A stretch of 22,433 bases of DNA from an uncultured Methanosarcinales archaeon (GTDB lineage: Archaea; Nanobdellota; Nanobdellia; Woesearchaeales; JAGVZT01): NCBI GenBank assembly GCA_964419615.1, contig CAYQPU010000029.1, forward strand, positions 1 through 22,433. Reading direction: 5' to 3'. The translations under genes and the position numbers were made by a program. The stretch's first letter is position 1. Each line of letters opens with the position of its first letter. The notes beneath the pieces were generated by a model. It was not told where the DNA came from, ran no database searches, and saw nothing but the letters and a program-made list of their open reading frames with translations. Positions 1-8,258 of this stretch are shown one piece after another.

Positions 1-339
1 GAGTTCTCCATAATCATCTATGTTTGCGGTTATTAAAACTCCTAATTCACCTTCAACTTTTAAACCTGGACCATGTTTGTCTGGGAGATTTAAATTAAAA
101 TTAGTTTTTTTTAGCTCGTAATTGTCATGGAGAATTATTTTTTGTTTTAATTGATCCCTGACCACATCTTCTATTTTCCATCTACCCCATTTACCATTTA
201 CTTTGAATTTACTACAATCAGGACATGTTAGTAAATTGATGTCCTTGAATTTCTCAATAATCGGATTATCTTTTAGATAACACTTTTTACAATAGATTTT
301 GAATTCTCCTTGTTTTCCACAAAGGATACATTTTCTCAT
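1..339 (-). CDS. nmd3: Nmd3-family large-subunit maturation factor, N-terminal part (runs off the window edge)
   Basis: Not in ORF track. Hand translation from ATG at 339: MRKCILCGKQGEFKIYCKKCYLKDNPIIEKFKDINLLTCPDCSKFKVNGKW..., open to position 1. The CxxC..CxxC..CxxC..W Zn-finger pattern is that of Nmd3. TTTTTAAC box (369-362) ends 22 nt before the ATG. Confidence 0.8.
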   Translation of the reverse strand, partial: MRKCILCGKQGEFKIYCKKCYLKDNPIIEKFKDINLLTCPDCSKFKVNGKWGRWKIEDVVRDQLKQKIILHDNYELKKTNFNLNLPDKHGPGLKVEGELGVLITANIDDYGEL

Positions 340-418
340 GTACTAAGTCAATATTATGAGAGTTAAAAAAGTTGTGGTTTTAGCAAGCTTTTTAAACACC
401 TGTAGAGTCCAGTTGGTT
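340..418. promoter_or_regulatory. Compact divergent promoter region for nmd3 and eif6
   Basis: TTTTTAAA at 389-396 (+) ends 22 nt before ATG 419; TTTTTAAC at 369-362 (-) ends 22 nt before ATG 339. Confidence 0.65.
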
Positions 419-1090
419 ATGGGTATTGATATAGTAAGTTTTAGAGGTAATCCAAATATTGGATTGTTTACTTTTTGTAATGATAAGTTTTGTTTAGTTA
501 GCACTTTGGTTCAGGAAGATAATTTAGATAAATTAAGAAAGAATTTAGCGGTCCCTGTTCACCAAATTAGATTAGCTGGTACTGACCTTATTGGAGTGTT
601 TGCTGCTGGCAATAATAATTGTTTACTTGTTCCAAGTATAATTTTTGAGGAAGAGATTAAAATGCTCGACAAACTAAAGATTAATTATAAGATTATTGAT
701 ACTAGATTAACTGCCCTAGGTAATAATATTTTGTGTAATGAGTATGGTGCTATTGTTAATGAGAATTTTGAGGAAACTGCTATTAAGCAAATAGAGGAAG
801 CTCTTGGAGTTAGAGTCAAGAGAGGAGAGATTTCTGGAGTTGATAATGTGGGTGCTCTGGCGGTTATTAGAAAGAAAAGATGTTTGCTTAGTATTGATGT
901 TAGTAAGAGTGAAATCAAGTTTATAGAAGAGTTTCTTGGAGTTACATGTTACCCTAGCACTATTAGCAGAGGTACTCCATATTTGAATTCAGGGATTGTT
1001 GTTAATTCTAATGGAATGCTTGTATCTGAGCTTAGTACAGGTGTTGAGATGGCTGAGGCTGATTCTTGCTTAGGTTTTAGTGAGTTGTAA
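419..1090 (+). CDS. eif6: Translation initiation / anti-association factor aIF6
   Basis: GNPNIGLF, repeated beta-beta-alpha units, LTALGNNILCNEYGAIV, GTPYLNSGIVVNSNG, STGVE. Start moved from 356 to ATG 419 (MGIDIVS) from family N-terminus and TATA spacing. Confidence 0.92.
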   Translation: MGIDIVSFRGNPNIGLFTFCNDKFCLVSTLVQEDNLDKLRKNLAVPVHQIRLAGTDLIGVFAAGNNNCLLVPSIIFEEEIKMLDKLKINYKIIDTRLTALGNNILCNEYGAIVNENFEETAIKQIEEALGVRVKRGEISGVDNVGALAVIRKKRCLLSIDVSKSEIKFIEEFLGVTCYPSTISRGTPYLNSGIVVNSNGMLVSELSTGVEMAEADSCLGFSEL

Positions 1091-1131
1091 GATTCAAAAC
1101 TTTTAAATATATACCTAGGTTCCGCCCTGCT

Positions 1132-2079
1132 ATGCAGAAAAAGCAGATTAGGAAAAAGCACAAGGAGCCTGAAAAAGTGACTTTGAGCTTTGAGCAGCGC
1201 ATTGAAAGGATTTATGATAAACAGTACAAACATTTAGTTATTATTCCTACTATTATTGCATTGATTGCTTTTGGACTAATCTTTCTACAGTTTGTTCAAA
1301 CTGGAGATTTTGTTCATAAAGGTATTAGTTTGAAGGGAGGAACTACTTTAAGAATTCATACTAATGTGGATATTGATGCTGTTTTGCTTGAAAAAGAGCT
1401 TATTTCAAATTATCCTGATGAAGAGTTTTCAGTAAGGCTCGTAAAAAAGCAAAGTGTTGTTGAAGAAATTGAGATTGGAACTAGTCTGCAGGGCACATCT
1501 GCGTTAGAATTGCTTTTATTGGTAGAAGGCTTTACTGGTGAACTAGAAGAAGATGACTATAGTCTTGAGACAATTGGCAGCTCTTTAAGTGAGAGTTTTT
1601 TTAGTGAAGTGTTGAAAGTTTTATTGTTAGCATTTATTTTAATGGCTATTGTTGTGTTTGTTTATTTTAGATCGTTTATTCCATCAGTTGCTGCAGTATT
1701 GGCAGCCTTTTTTAATATGGTTATTACATTAGCAATTATTAATTTAATTGGTGTTAAGATTAGCTCAGCTGGGATTGCTGCTTTTCTAATGCTGATTGGT
1801 TATTCTATTGATACTGATACTATGCTTACAGCAAGAGTACTTAAGAGAGATATTGATACGACGGTTTTTGCGGCTATAAAAGATGCTTTTAAAACAGGTA
1901 TGACTATGAGTGCTGCAGGTTTGGGTGCAACATTAACAGCTTATTTCTTTTCTACTTCAGTTGTTATAAAGCAGATTATGATTATATTGGTTATTGGATT
2001 GTTGGTTGATATGATGACAACTTGGGTTCAGAACGCAGGTTTGCTCAGATGGTATGTTGAGAATGAAAAAAATAAGTAA
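1132..2079 (+). CDS. secF: Protein translocase subunit SecF (archaeal type)
   Basis: GISLKGGT motif after TM1, six hydrophobic segments, LIGYSIDTD in TM4; overlaps secD. TTTTAAAT box at 1101-1108. Confidence 0.92.
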   Translation: MQKKQIRKKHKEPEKVTLSFEQRIERIYDKQYKHLVIIPTIIALIAFGLIFLQFVQTGDFVHKGISLKGGTTLRIHTNVDIDAVLLEKELISNYPDEEFSVRLVKKQSVVEEIEIGTSLQGTSALELLLLVEGFTGELEEDDYSLETIGSSLSESFFSEVLKVLLLAFILMAIVVFVYFRSFIPSVAAVLAAFFNMVITLAIINLIGVKISSAGIAAFLMLIGYSIDTDTMLTARVLKRDIDTTVFAAIKDAFKTGMTMSAAGLGATLTAYFFSTSVVIKQIMIILVIGLLVDMMTTWVQNAGLLRWYVENEKNK

Positions 2080-3634
2080 GATATTCAAGGATACAAGAGT
2101 TATTATTTTGCTTGTAGTTATATTGATAGCTATTTTTGCAATTAATCCAAGACCAAACGCGAGTGGTGTTGCTATTAGAAATGTTGCAAGAAATAGTTCT
2201 GCTCAGCTTGCAGGTATTGAAAGTCCTAGGGCAACAATTGCTCCAACCAGTAGGGAGAGAGTGATTGAGATAAATTCAATGAAAGTTGAGAGCGTTGATG
2301 ATTATTATAACATCTTAAGGAGCATAGCCACAAATAGAAGTGTTCAGATTACAACTAATAAAGGATCTTATAGAGTGATTTCAGGAGATAGTCCTGAAGA
2401 TATTGGCTTAACTGTTTTTGAGGCTCCTAAAACAAATATTAGATTGGGACTTGATTTACAGGGTGGAACTAGAGTTTTGTTACAGCCTGAAGAAAAGCTT
2501 ACGCCTGAACAAACTAATAGCCTTATTGATAACATGAAGCAAAGGCTGAATGTTTATGGTTTAAGTGATATTGTTGTTAGATCCACTACTGATTTGAGTG
2601 GTAATCAGTTTATTTTGGTTGAAATTGCTGGTGCTAATGAAGAAGAGGTTAAGGAGTTGTTGGCTAAGCAAGGTAAGTTTGAAGCCAAGATTGGAAACAA
2701 ATCAGTTTTCAGAGGTGGCCAGGATATCACTTATGTTTGCAGGACTGCTGAATGTTCTGGTATTGATAGGAACCAAGGTTGCCAGGCTATTGAAGGTGGT
2801 TATATGTGTAGGTTTATGTTTTCAATCACACTTACTCCTGAAGCTGCACAAAATCAAGCAGAGATTACTGGAAATTTGAGTATTTTATCTGATCAAGATA
2901 GACCTTACCTTAATGAAACTTTGGATTTGTATTTAGATGATGCTTTTGTTGATAGCTTGAGTATTGGCGCTGATTTAAAGGGCCAAGCTGCAACTGATAT
3001 TGCAATTTCAGGTGTAGGAACAGGTATTGATAGAAATGATGCTATTACAAATGCTCTTGCGAATATGAAAAAGCTGCAGACAATTTTAGTTACAGGAAGT
3101 TTGCCAGTAAAATTAGAACTTGTTAGGACTGATACAATTAGTCCTGCTCTTGGTCAAGAGTTTACAAAAAATGCTTTGCTTGTTAGTGTGCTGGCAATTA
3201 TTGCTGTTGCCTTGGTTGTTTTAATTAGGTATAGAAGGTTGGCAATTGTTGTTCCAATTTTATTGATTACCTGGCTTGAAATATTTTTATTAATGGCTTT
3301 TGCAGCTTTGATTGGCTGGAATATTGATGTAGCTTCTATTGCAGGTATTATTATTTCGATTGGTACTGGTCTTGATGATCAGATTGTGATTACAGATGAA
3401 ACCATAAAAGGAGAAGGTAAGGAAGAGCATTCCTGGAAACAAAAATTAAAAAGAGCATTTTTTATTGTGTTTGCTGCATATTTTACAACTGTTGGTTGTA
3501 TGATTCCATTGTTGTTTGCAGGCGCTGGTATGCTTAAAGGTTTTGCAATCACAACAATTATTGGTTTAACCTTAGGTGTGTTTATTACAAGACCTGCTTA
3601 TGCAAATATTATTCAGATTCTGCTTAGAGATTAA
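2063..3634 (+). CDS. secD: Protein translocase subunit SecD (archaeal type) with extra PDZ-like segment
   Basis: LGLDLQGG, MKQRLNVYGLSD, ISPALG, IISIGTGLDDQIVITDE and GFAITTIIG motifs. Start at 2063 or 2054 is unresolved. Confidence 0.92.
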   Translation: MKKISKIFKDTRVIILLVVILIAIFAINPRPNASGVAIRNVARNSSAQLAGIESPRATIAPTSRERVIEINSMKVESVDDYYNILRSIATNRSVQITTNKGSYRVISGDSPEDIGLTVFEAPKTNIRLGLDLQGGTRVLLQPEEKLTPEQTNSLIDNMKQRLNVYGLSDIVVRSTTDLSGNQFILVEIAGANEEEVKELLAKQGKFEAKIGNKSVFRGGQDITYVCRTAECSGIDRNQGCQAIEGGYMCRFMFSITLTPEAAQNQAEITGNLSILSDQDRPYLNETLDLYLDDAFVDSLSIGADLKGQAATDIAISGVGTGIDRNDAITNALANMKKLQTILVTGSLPVKLELVRTDTISPALGQEFTKNALLVSVLAIIAVALVVLIRYRRLAIVVPILLITWLEIFLLMAFAALIGWNIDVASIAGIIISIGTGLDDQIVITDETIKGEGKEEHSWKQKLKRAFFIVFAAYFTTVGCMIPLLFAGAGMLKGFAITTIIGLTLGVFITRPAYANIIQILLRD

Positions 3635-4189
3635 TTATAGAATTTCTTTGATTTGTTCTAATAAGATTTCAAACTTAGTGTAACCTGCATTTGCATTAAA
3701 GTGTCCTGCATTTTCAATTTCAATTATATTTGTACTTAAATTTTTTGAAAGAACCTCTGCATGCTCAAATGGGACATATGGATCATTATGTGCATGATAA
3801 ATAAAAAATTGTTTACAATGGTTCTTTATTCTCTTCCAGTCAAATTCCTTATCCACAAAAGATAGATGTACTTCATCAAATTGATTTAAAGTAGGTTTTG
3901 CGGGACTGGCAATTAATAATGTTGCTTTCACTGTGACATCTATTTTTTCCAGTAAACTAAGTAAGAAGGCTCCACCGCAACTGTGTCCAATCAAAATAGT
4001 TTCAGAGTTCAGTAAAGGAATATGTTTCTTAAATACATCTAACCATATAGCTAGTTCTTGACCATCAGGCGTTGGAAATTCGGGTACAATTACTTGATGT
4101 CCTAACTTTATTAATTCTTCTTTTAGCCATGGAAACCAATTCTCTTCTGGGTAACCATATGAACCATGGATTATGAATATATTTGCCAT
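3635..4189 (-). CDS. RBBP9/YdeN-family alpha/beta serine hydrolase (paralog A)
   Basis: IIHG..G.PEENWFPWL, nucleophile elbow GHSCG, NDPYVP (Asp), AGHFN (His). TTTTTAAT box ends 22 nt before the ATG. Confidence 0.9.
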   Translation of the reverse strand: MANIFIIHGSYGYPEENWFPWLKEELIKLGHQVIVPEFPTPDGQELAIWLDVFKKHIPLLNSETILIGHSCGGAFLLSLLEKIDVTVKATLLIASPAKPTLNQFDEVHLSFVDKEFDWKRIKNHCKQFFIYHAHNDPYVPFEHAEVLSKNLSTNIIEIENAGHFNANAGYTKFEILLEQIKEIL

Positions 4190-4260
4190 TACTAGACTAA
4201 ATAATTGAAGGATTAAAAAGCTTATGGTTCTTGATCATACAAAAAATCAGGCATTATCTA

Positions 4261-4821
4261 TTACTGGAGATGTGCATATTCTCCAACTTTTTCATAGTCT
4301 CTAACAACAACATTGGTTAATTCTGAAGGAAGCTTATCACGAAGTACTGCATCAAGTGTTCTCTGTATCTGCTCTCTTGTTACTTCAAGATTTTTAAGAG
4401 TTGTATTTTCAGGTACGGCTTCTCCTTCAACCCATTTAACTTTACCTTCAGGTAAATCATTCACAATCATAATCCCAGCTCCAACCAGATCTTCAATAGT
4501 TTTATGCGGAAAAGCCACACCACCCATACCATATACTTCAATTACATGAATTGGTTTTGTTACAGTTTCCCCATATTCTGAGCATCTAATTCTTTCAGGA
4601 TACAACATATTCTTACTTATGTGAGGCGCTTCTGCTTCATACCAATCTATTGGAGGAGTATGATTTCTATTTGGAGATGCATTTTCAACAATTATCATAT
4701 CTTCTTTAACACTTGGTATTGGGTTATAAACATCTAAGAAAAATAAACTATCTTCTGGTAGAAAACTATCCCACACTGCAATTATTGTCAAAGCACTTTT
4801 ATCAACATCAATATTTTTCAT
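4261..4821 (-). CDS. Hypothetical protein, possible isochorismatase-like fold without catalytic residues
   Basis: 186-aa ORF; SALTIIAVWDSF and G-x5-F-x3-T-x2-D-x4-G spacing resemble the family pattern (by eye only). Confidence 0.5.
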   Translation of the reverse strand: MKNIDVDKSALTIIAVWDSFLPEDSLFFLDVYNPIPSVKEDMIIVENASPNRNHTPPIDWYEAEAPHISKNMLYPERIRCSEYGETVTKPIHVIEVYGMGGVAFPHKTIEDLVGAGIMIVNDLPEGKVKWVEGEAVPENTTLKNLEVTREQIQRTLDAVLRDKLPSELTNVVVRDYEKVGEYAHLQ

Positions 4822-4889
4822 CTTAGTGTGAGGTAATGAGATTTACTATTTAAAAGTTGGCATAGAATCAGATTACATAGTAATATGCA

Positions 4890-5447
4890 CTATAGCACTT
4901 CTTTTATTTTTTCAAGAAGAAAATTAAATTCTATGAAGCCAGCAGCTTTGTTAATATGTCCAGCATCTTTTAAGAGAATAAGGCTGATGTCAAGGTTTTG
5001 TGCCAATCTTTTACCAAGTTCCATTGGGATATATGGATCATTGGTTGAATTAATTAATACAAATGTTCCACAGTTTTTCTTTATTTTTTTCCAGTTAAAT
5101 CCCTTTTCAAAAAACGTATGGTTAATTTTGTCAAATTGTTTGTTGCCTAACATGTCACTTACAGCTGATATTAAGAATGCTGCTTTTATCTTTGTATTGA
5201 TTCTTTGGAGAATATTTAGTATAAATGTTGGGCCCAAGCTATGACCAATAAAGATTGTGTCTTGGTCTATTAATTTATTATATGGTTTGAATACTTGCAA
5301 CCAGTTATCTAAAGTCTGATCATCTGGTGTTGGGAACTTTGGTACAATAACTTCATGTCCAATTTTCTCTAGTTCTTTTTTTAGCCAAGGTATCCAGTTT
5401 TCTTCAGGATTACCGTAAGCTCCGTGCACTATAAAAAATCTTGTCAT
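4890..5447 (-). CDS. RBBP9/YdeN-family alpha/beta serine hydrolase (paralog B)
   Basis: IVHGAYGNPEENWIPWL, GHSLG, NDPYIP, AGHIN. Start set at ATG 5447 because TTTATAAA (5470-5477) ends 22 nt away. Confidence 0.9.
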   Translation of the reverse strand: MTRFFIVHGAYGNPEENWIPWLKKELEKIGHEVIVPKFPTPDDQTLDNWLQVFKPYNKLIDQDTIFIGHSLGPTFILNILQRINTKIKAAFLISAVSDMLGNKQFDKINHTFFEKGFNWKKIKKNCGTFVLINSTNDPYIPMELGKRLAQNLDISLILLKDAGHINKAAGFIEFNFLLEKIKEVL

Positions 5448-5976
5448 CATGAGGATTATCTGGACGAGGTTTATAAATTTTGTTCCTTTCTATGAATCTT
5501 GGGATATATTCATAAAAGAAATCTGCAAATGCTTTTTTTGATTCAGGTGTTTTTTGATCAAGTAAAACAAATTGGAGTAAGTGAGCTAAAGGTTCTGTTG
5601 CGATTTCATATGCTGCTTTGTAGTTGAGTCTTTTTTGTATCCAACACTCCTGGGCAAAACATGATGCCATGTCTAAAGCTAATTCTAACAAAGCACATTC
5701 ATACAATTCAGCTTTGTTAAGTGCAACTGCCCTAGGTACATTTGTATCAGTACAATTATTAAGAGCTCTATCCAGAAGAATCGAATGTTTTGATTTTAAG
5801 ATGTCAACTAGTTTTTTTTTAGCATATTTTACATCTCTATCTCGAAAATACAAATCATAGAATTTTGAAGCTGCGCAACAATTAAAGATTATTTCTTCAT
5901 CTTCAAAATCAAAGTTATCATAATAAGTTTCCCTTACTTCATCAACAACATCGCTTAGTAGACTTATCAATATCAC
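5410..5976 (-). CDS. Hypothetical, probably alpha-helical protein
   Basis: 188-aa ORF with GTG start and no motif recognised; its 3' end overlaps the start of hydrolase B. Confidence 0.6.
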   Translation of the reverse strand: MILISLLSDVVDEVRETYYDNFDFEDEEIIFNCCAASKFYDLYFRDRDVKYAKKKLVDILKSKHSILLDRALNNCTDTNVPRAVALNKAELYECALLELALDMASCFAQECWIQKRLNYKAAYEIATEPLAHLLQFVLLDQKTPESKKAFADFFYEYIPRFIERNKIYKPRPDNPHDDKIFYSARSLR

Positions 5977-6052
5977 CAGTTTTTTCTGTAAGTGTTTAAT
6001 TGATTCTGTGATATATAAGGATTATTATTGGCTAATATACATTTAGTAGATA

Positions 6053-6763
6053 TTAGACAACTAAACAGCGCTCTAGCTTTTTTTTTATTCTACTGTCAAA
6101 AAAGCAACTAATGGCATAGCGCCTTCTTTCCATGGGTCTTGGAGTAGTTAGTATATGAACTTGAGATTTGTTTAACATCGCATAGGTAAAAGACCTTTCA
6201 TTGTATGATAAGATTGCATTGTTTAATGATTGTGTTGAAGCTATGCCATAGTTCCAATTATGTGGAGCTCTATATAACCTCCCAAGCCAGTGTTTCCAAT
6301 CTTCTTCACAAGCAGTGTATTTTAGATCAGTTACAAATCCCTGACCAGGTTCAATTCCCTCTAAGGATTTTGGGAAGTATTCACTAAACTGCTGATAGTA
6401 CATAATTTGCATAATTGTCATATTAGGGCAATCACCAAAGATACATCCATTAATAGTAGTCTTTTCTGCTTCTGACAAGGTATCTATAAGATCCATACGT
6501 GAGGAAGGAATGTAACCTGTGGCGTGTTTTCTGCCAGTTCCATTTAACCAGACTGACTCCACTTGTGAGATATTAGTATCTAAATCTATCAACCACAAAT
6601 CTGATACTTTCATTACTGGAACAGTTAATATAATGCTTTCTGCATTACTCTGCATTAAACTCTCAACCATGGCTTCCTTGTATTTTTCTAATCTATCTTC
6701 ATCACTGGAAAAATTTGGAATATCTAGCCATGAAGGATGTACAATAAGATTATAGCCTCCCAT
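6053..6763 (-). CDS. Hypothetical protein, weak similarity to cysteine-hydrolase (isochorismatase-like) fold
   Basis: 236-aa ORF; N-terminal YNLIVHP strand and TINGCIFGDCPNMT (G-x5-C-x3-T). TTTTTAAT box ends 22 nt before the ATG. Confidence 0.55.
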   Translation of the reverse strand: MGGYNLIVHPSWLDIPNFSSDEDRLEKYKEAMVESLMQSNAESIILTVPVMKVSDLWLIDLDTNISQVESVWLNGTGRKHATGYIPSSRMDLIDTLSEAEKTTINGCIFGDCPNMTIMQIMYYQQFSEYFPKSLEGIEPGQGFVTDLKYTACEEDWKHWLGRLYRAPHNWNYGIASTQSLNNAILSYNERSFTYAMLNKSQVHILTTPRPMERRRYAISCFFDSRIKKKLERCLVV

Positions 6764-6826
6764 ACCAAAAGGGAATCTAATTACAATTAAAAATTCTTTT
6801 ATTATTATAATACTATTTAGAAAATA

Positions 6827-7210
6827 TTAGTCCAATAGTTGTGCGGTTTTGCAAAAATTATATACTATGCTAACTTCAGGATATGCATTAATTAAATCTT
6901 CTACATGTTCAATTAAATTCCGTCTAGTTGGGTCTTCAACAGCTGCAGCGATTGCATATAGTGCAATTCTCTTGTCTAGAGACACTTCATCCCATTTTTT
7001 ATTAATCGGAGTTTTTTGGTGTATATTCTTTATGTCTTGGTATCCAAAGTCTCTTTCTCCAAAATGCATATTAGATGGCCAAGTTTGATTAGGGCGAAGC
7101 CCTGGTCGCTCACCTAGATAATTTTCTATTGTAGATCTAGAACAATCAAATATTTTCATTACATCACCTGTTCTGAATCTGTATTTTTTTGTTTTTGGTG
7201 CTTTTGGCAT
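6827..7210 (-). CDS. MerR/excisionase-like helix-turn-helix DNA-binding protein
   Basis: FRTGDVMKIFDCSRSTIENY fits the MerR/Xis HTH pattern; basic N-terminal tail; TTTTTAAG box ends 23 nt before the ATG. Confidence 0.6.
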   Translation of the reverse strand: MPKAPKTKKYRFRTGDVMKIFDCSRSTIENYLGERPGLRPNQTWPSNMHFGERDFGYQDIKNIHQKTPINKKWDEVSLDKRIALYAIAAAVEDPTRRNLIEHVEDLINAYPEVSIVYNFCKTAQLLD

Positions 7211-7313
7211 ATATACTAGGTAGTGAAGATTTACTTAAAAATATATCTCTACTTTACCAGGATATCTTTAGTTTCCGAAGATATTATATTTGATAGAAAA
7301 AACTAATCCAAAT

Positions 7314-7865
7314 ATGATACCAAAAGATCTAATTCCAAACAACCTAAAAAAAGAGATAAAGAAGTATTTACCTGCTGTGATTGGGGTTTTTCTGGTACTG
7401 TTGTTAGTTATTAAATTCAAATCTGTGTTTTTAACATTACTTTTGTTAATTCTAGGTATTGTTTCCATTTTTTGGAAAAGATTTGTTAAAATGTCTCTTG
7501 GTTTTGAACTGATAACTTTTGTTACAATTGTTTTGTGTTTTGGGATTAATCCTGTTTTTGGTTTTGTTGCTGCTGTGATTATGGTTATTGTTGGATCATT
7601 TATTTCAGGCAGGATTTGTATACCGATGTTTGTTAAGATTGGAGCTTATGCTGTTGTTTGTTTGGTTTCTTTACCTTTTCTGAATATGAACATAGTTATT
7701 ACTGGGATATTGCTTGCTTTACTTTACAACATAATTACACATTTTGTTTATGTTTTTGTGTTTGGTTTTAATCCAGTAAATAGTGTGATTGATTTTATTC
7801 TTAATATGTTGTTGAATGTGTTTGTGTTTGCAAGGTTTGGACAAGGATTAGTTGGGATGTTTTAA
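7314..7865 (+). CDS. Polytopic membrane protein, possibly ECF S-component-like
   Basis: Nearly all hydrophobic (about 6 TM); segment VLCFGINPVFGFVAAVI recalls the ECF-S GP..G motif. Start moved to ATG 7314 (TTATATTT at 7284-7291, 22-nt gap). Confidence 0.6.
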   Translation: MIPKDLIPNNLKKEIKKYLPAVIGVFLVLLLVIKFKSVFLTLLLLILGIVSIFWKRFVKMSLGFELITFVTIVLCFGINPVFGFVAAVIMVIVGSFISGRICIPMFVKIGAYAVVCLVSLPFLNMNIVITGILLALLYNIITHFVYVFVFGFNPVNSVIDFILNMLLNVFVFARFGQGLVGMF

Positions 7866-8258
7866 TTTTTGCTTTAACAGCTTTAGTAGTTTGGTAACAA
7901 TACCACACAACATCCTATTGTTTTCCTTAATAAAACCCTTGTTAATTTGGAGACCATCATAAGATATTCTGTTTCTTACATTTCTTACTTGTTGTAAGAA
8001 GAATCTATCACTCTCTATGAAGTTGTATTTGTATGAGATATAATTTATTATTTTGTAGTGAGCTGAGACCCCAGATACTTTAACCCCTTCAATTGCAATT
8101 AATGCTTCCATTAGTTTTCTTATTATGTCATAATAATCAACAAGTACATTTGAAGGATATTTGTTTTTATCTGTACTATTAAGTCTCTCTAATGTAGTCA
8201 GAGCCATCTTTTGTAGGGAGATAGCCTTTTGTATGTCTGGCTTTGTTCTAGTTATCAT
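7848..8258 (-). CDS. HEPN-domain protein, partner of upstream MNT
   Basis: Helical; YYDIIRKLMEAL...G...SAH and RNVRNRISYDG (R-x4-Y variant of R-x4-H). Overlaps the MNT stop by 11 nt. Confidence 0.75.
   Translation of the reverse strand: MITRTKPDIQKAISLQKMALTTLERLNSTDKNKYPSNVLVDYYDIIRKLMEALIAIEGVKVSGVSAHYKIINYISYKYNFIESDRFFLQQVRNVRNRISYDGLQINKGFIKENNRMLCGIVTKLLKLLKQKLKHPN

Noticed and set aside
7268-7468. 66-aa minus-strand ORF
   Set aside because: Antisense to the membrane protein, low complexity, no promoter signal.
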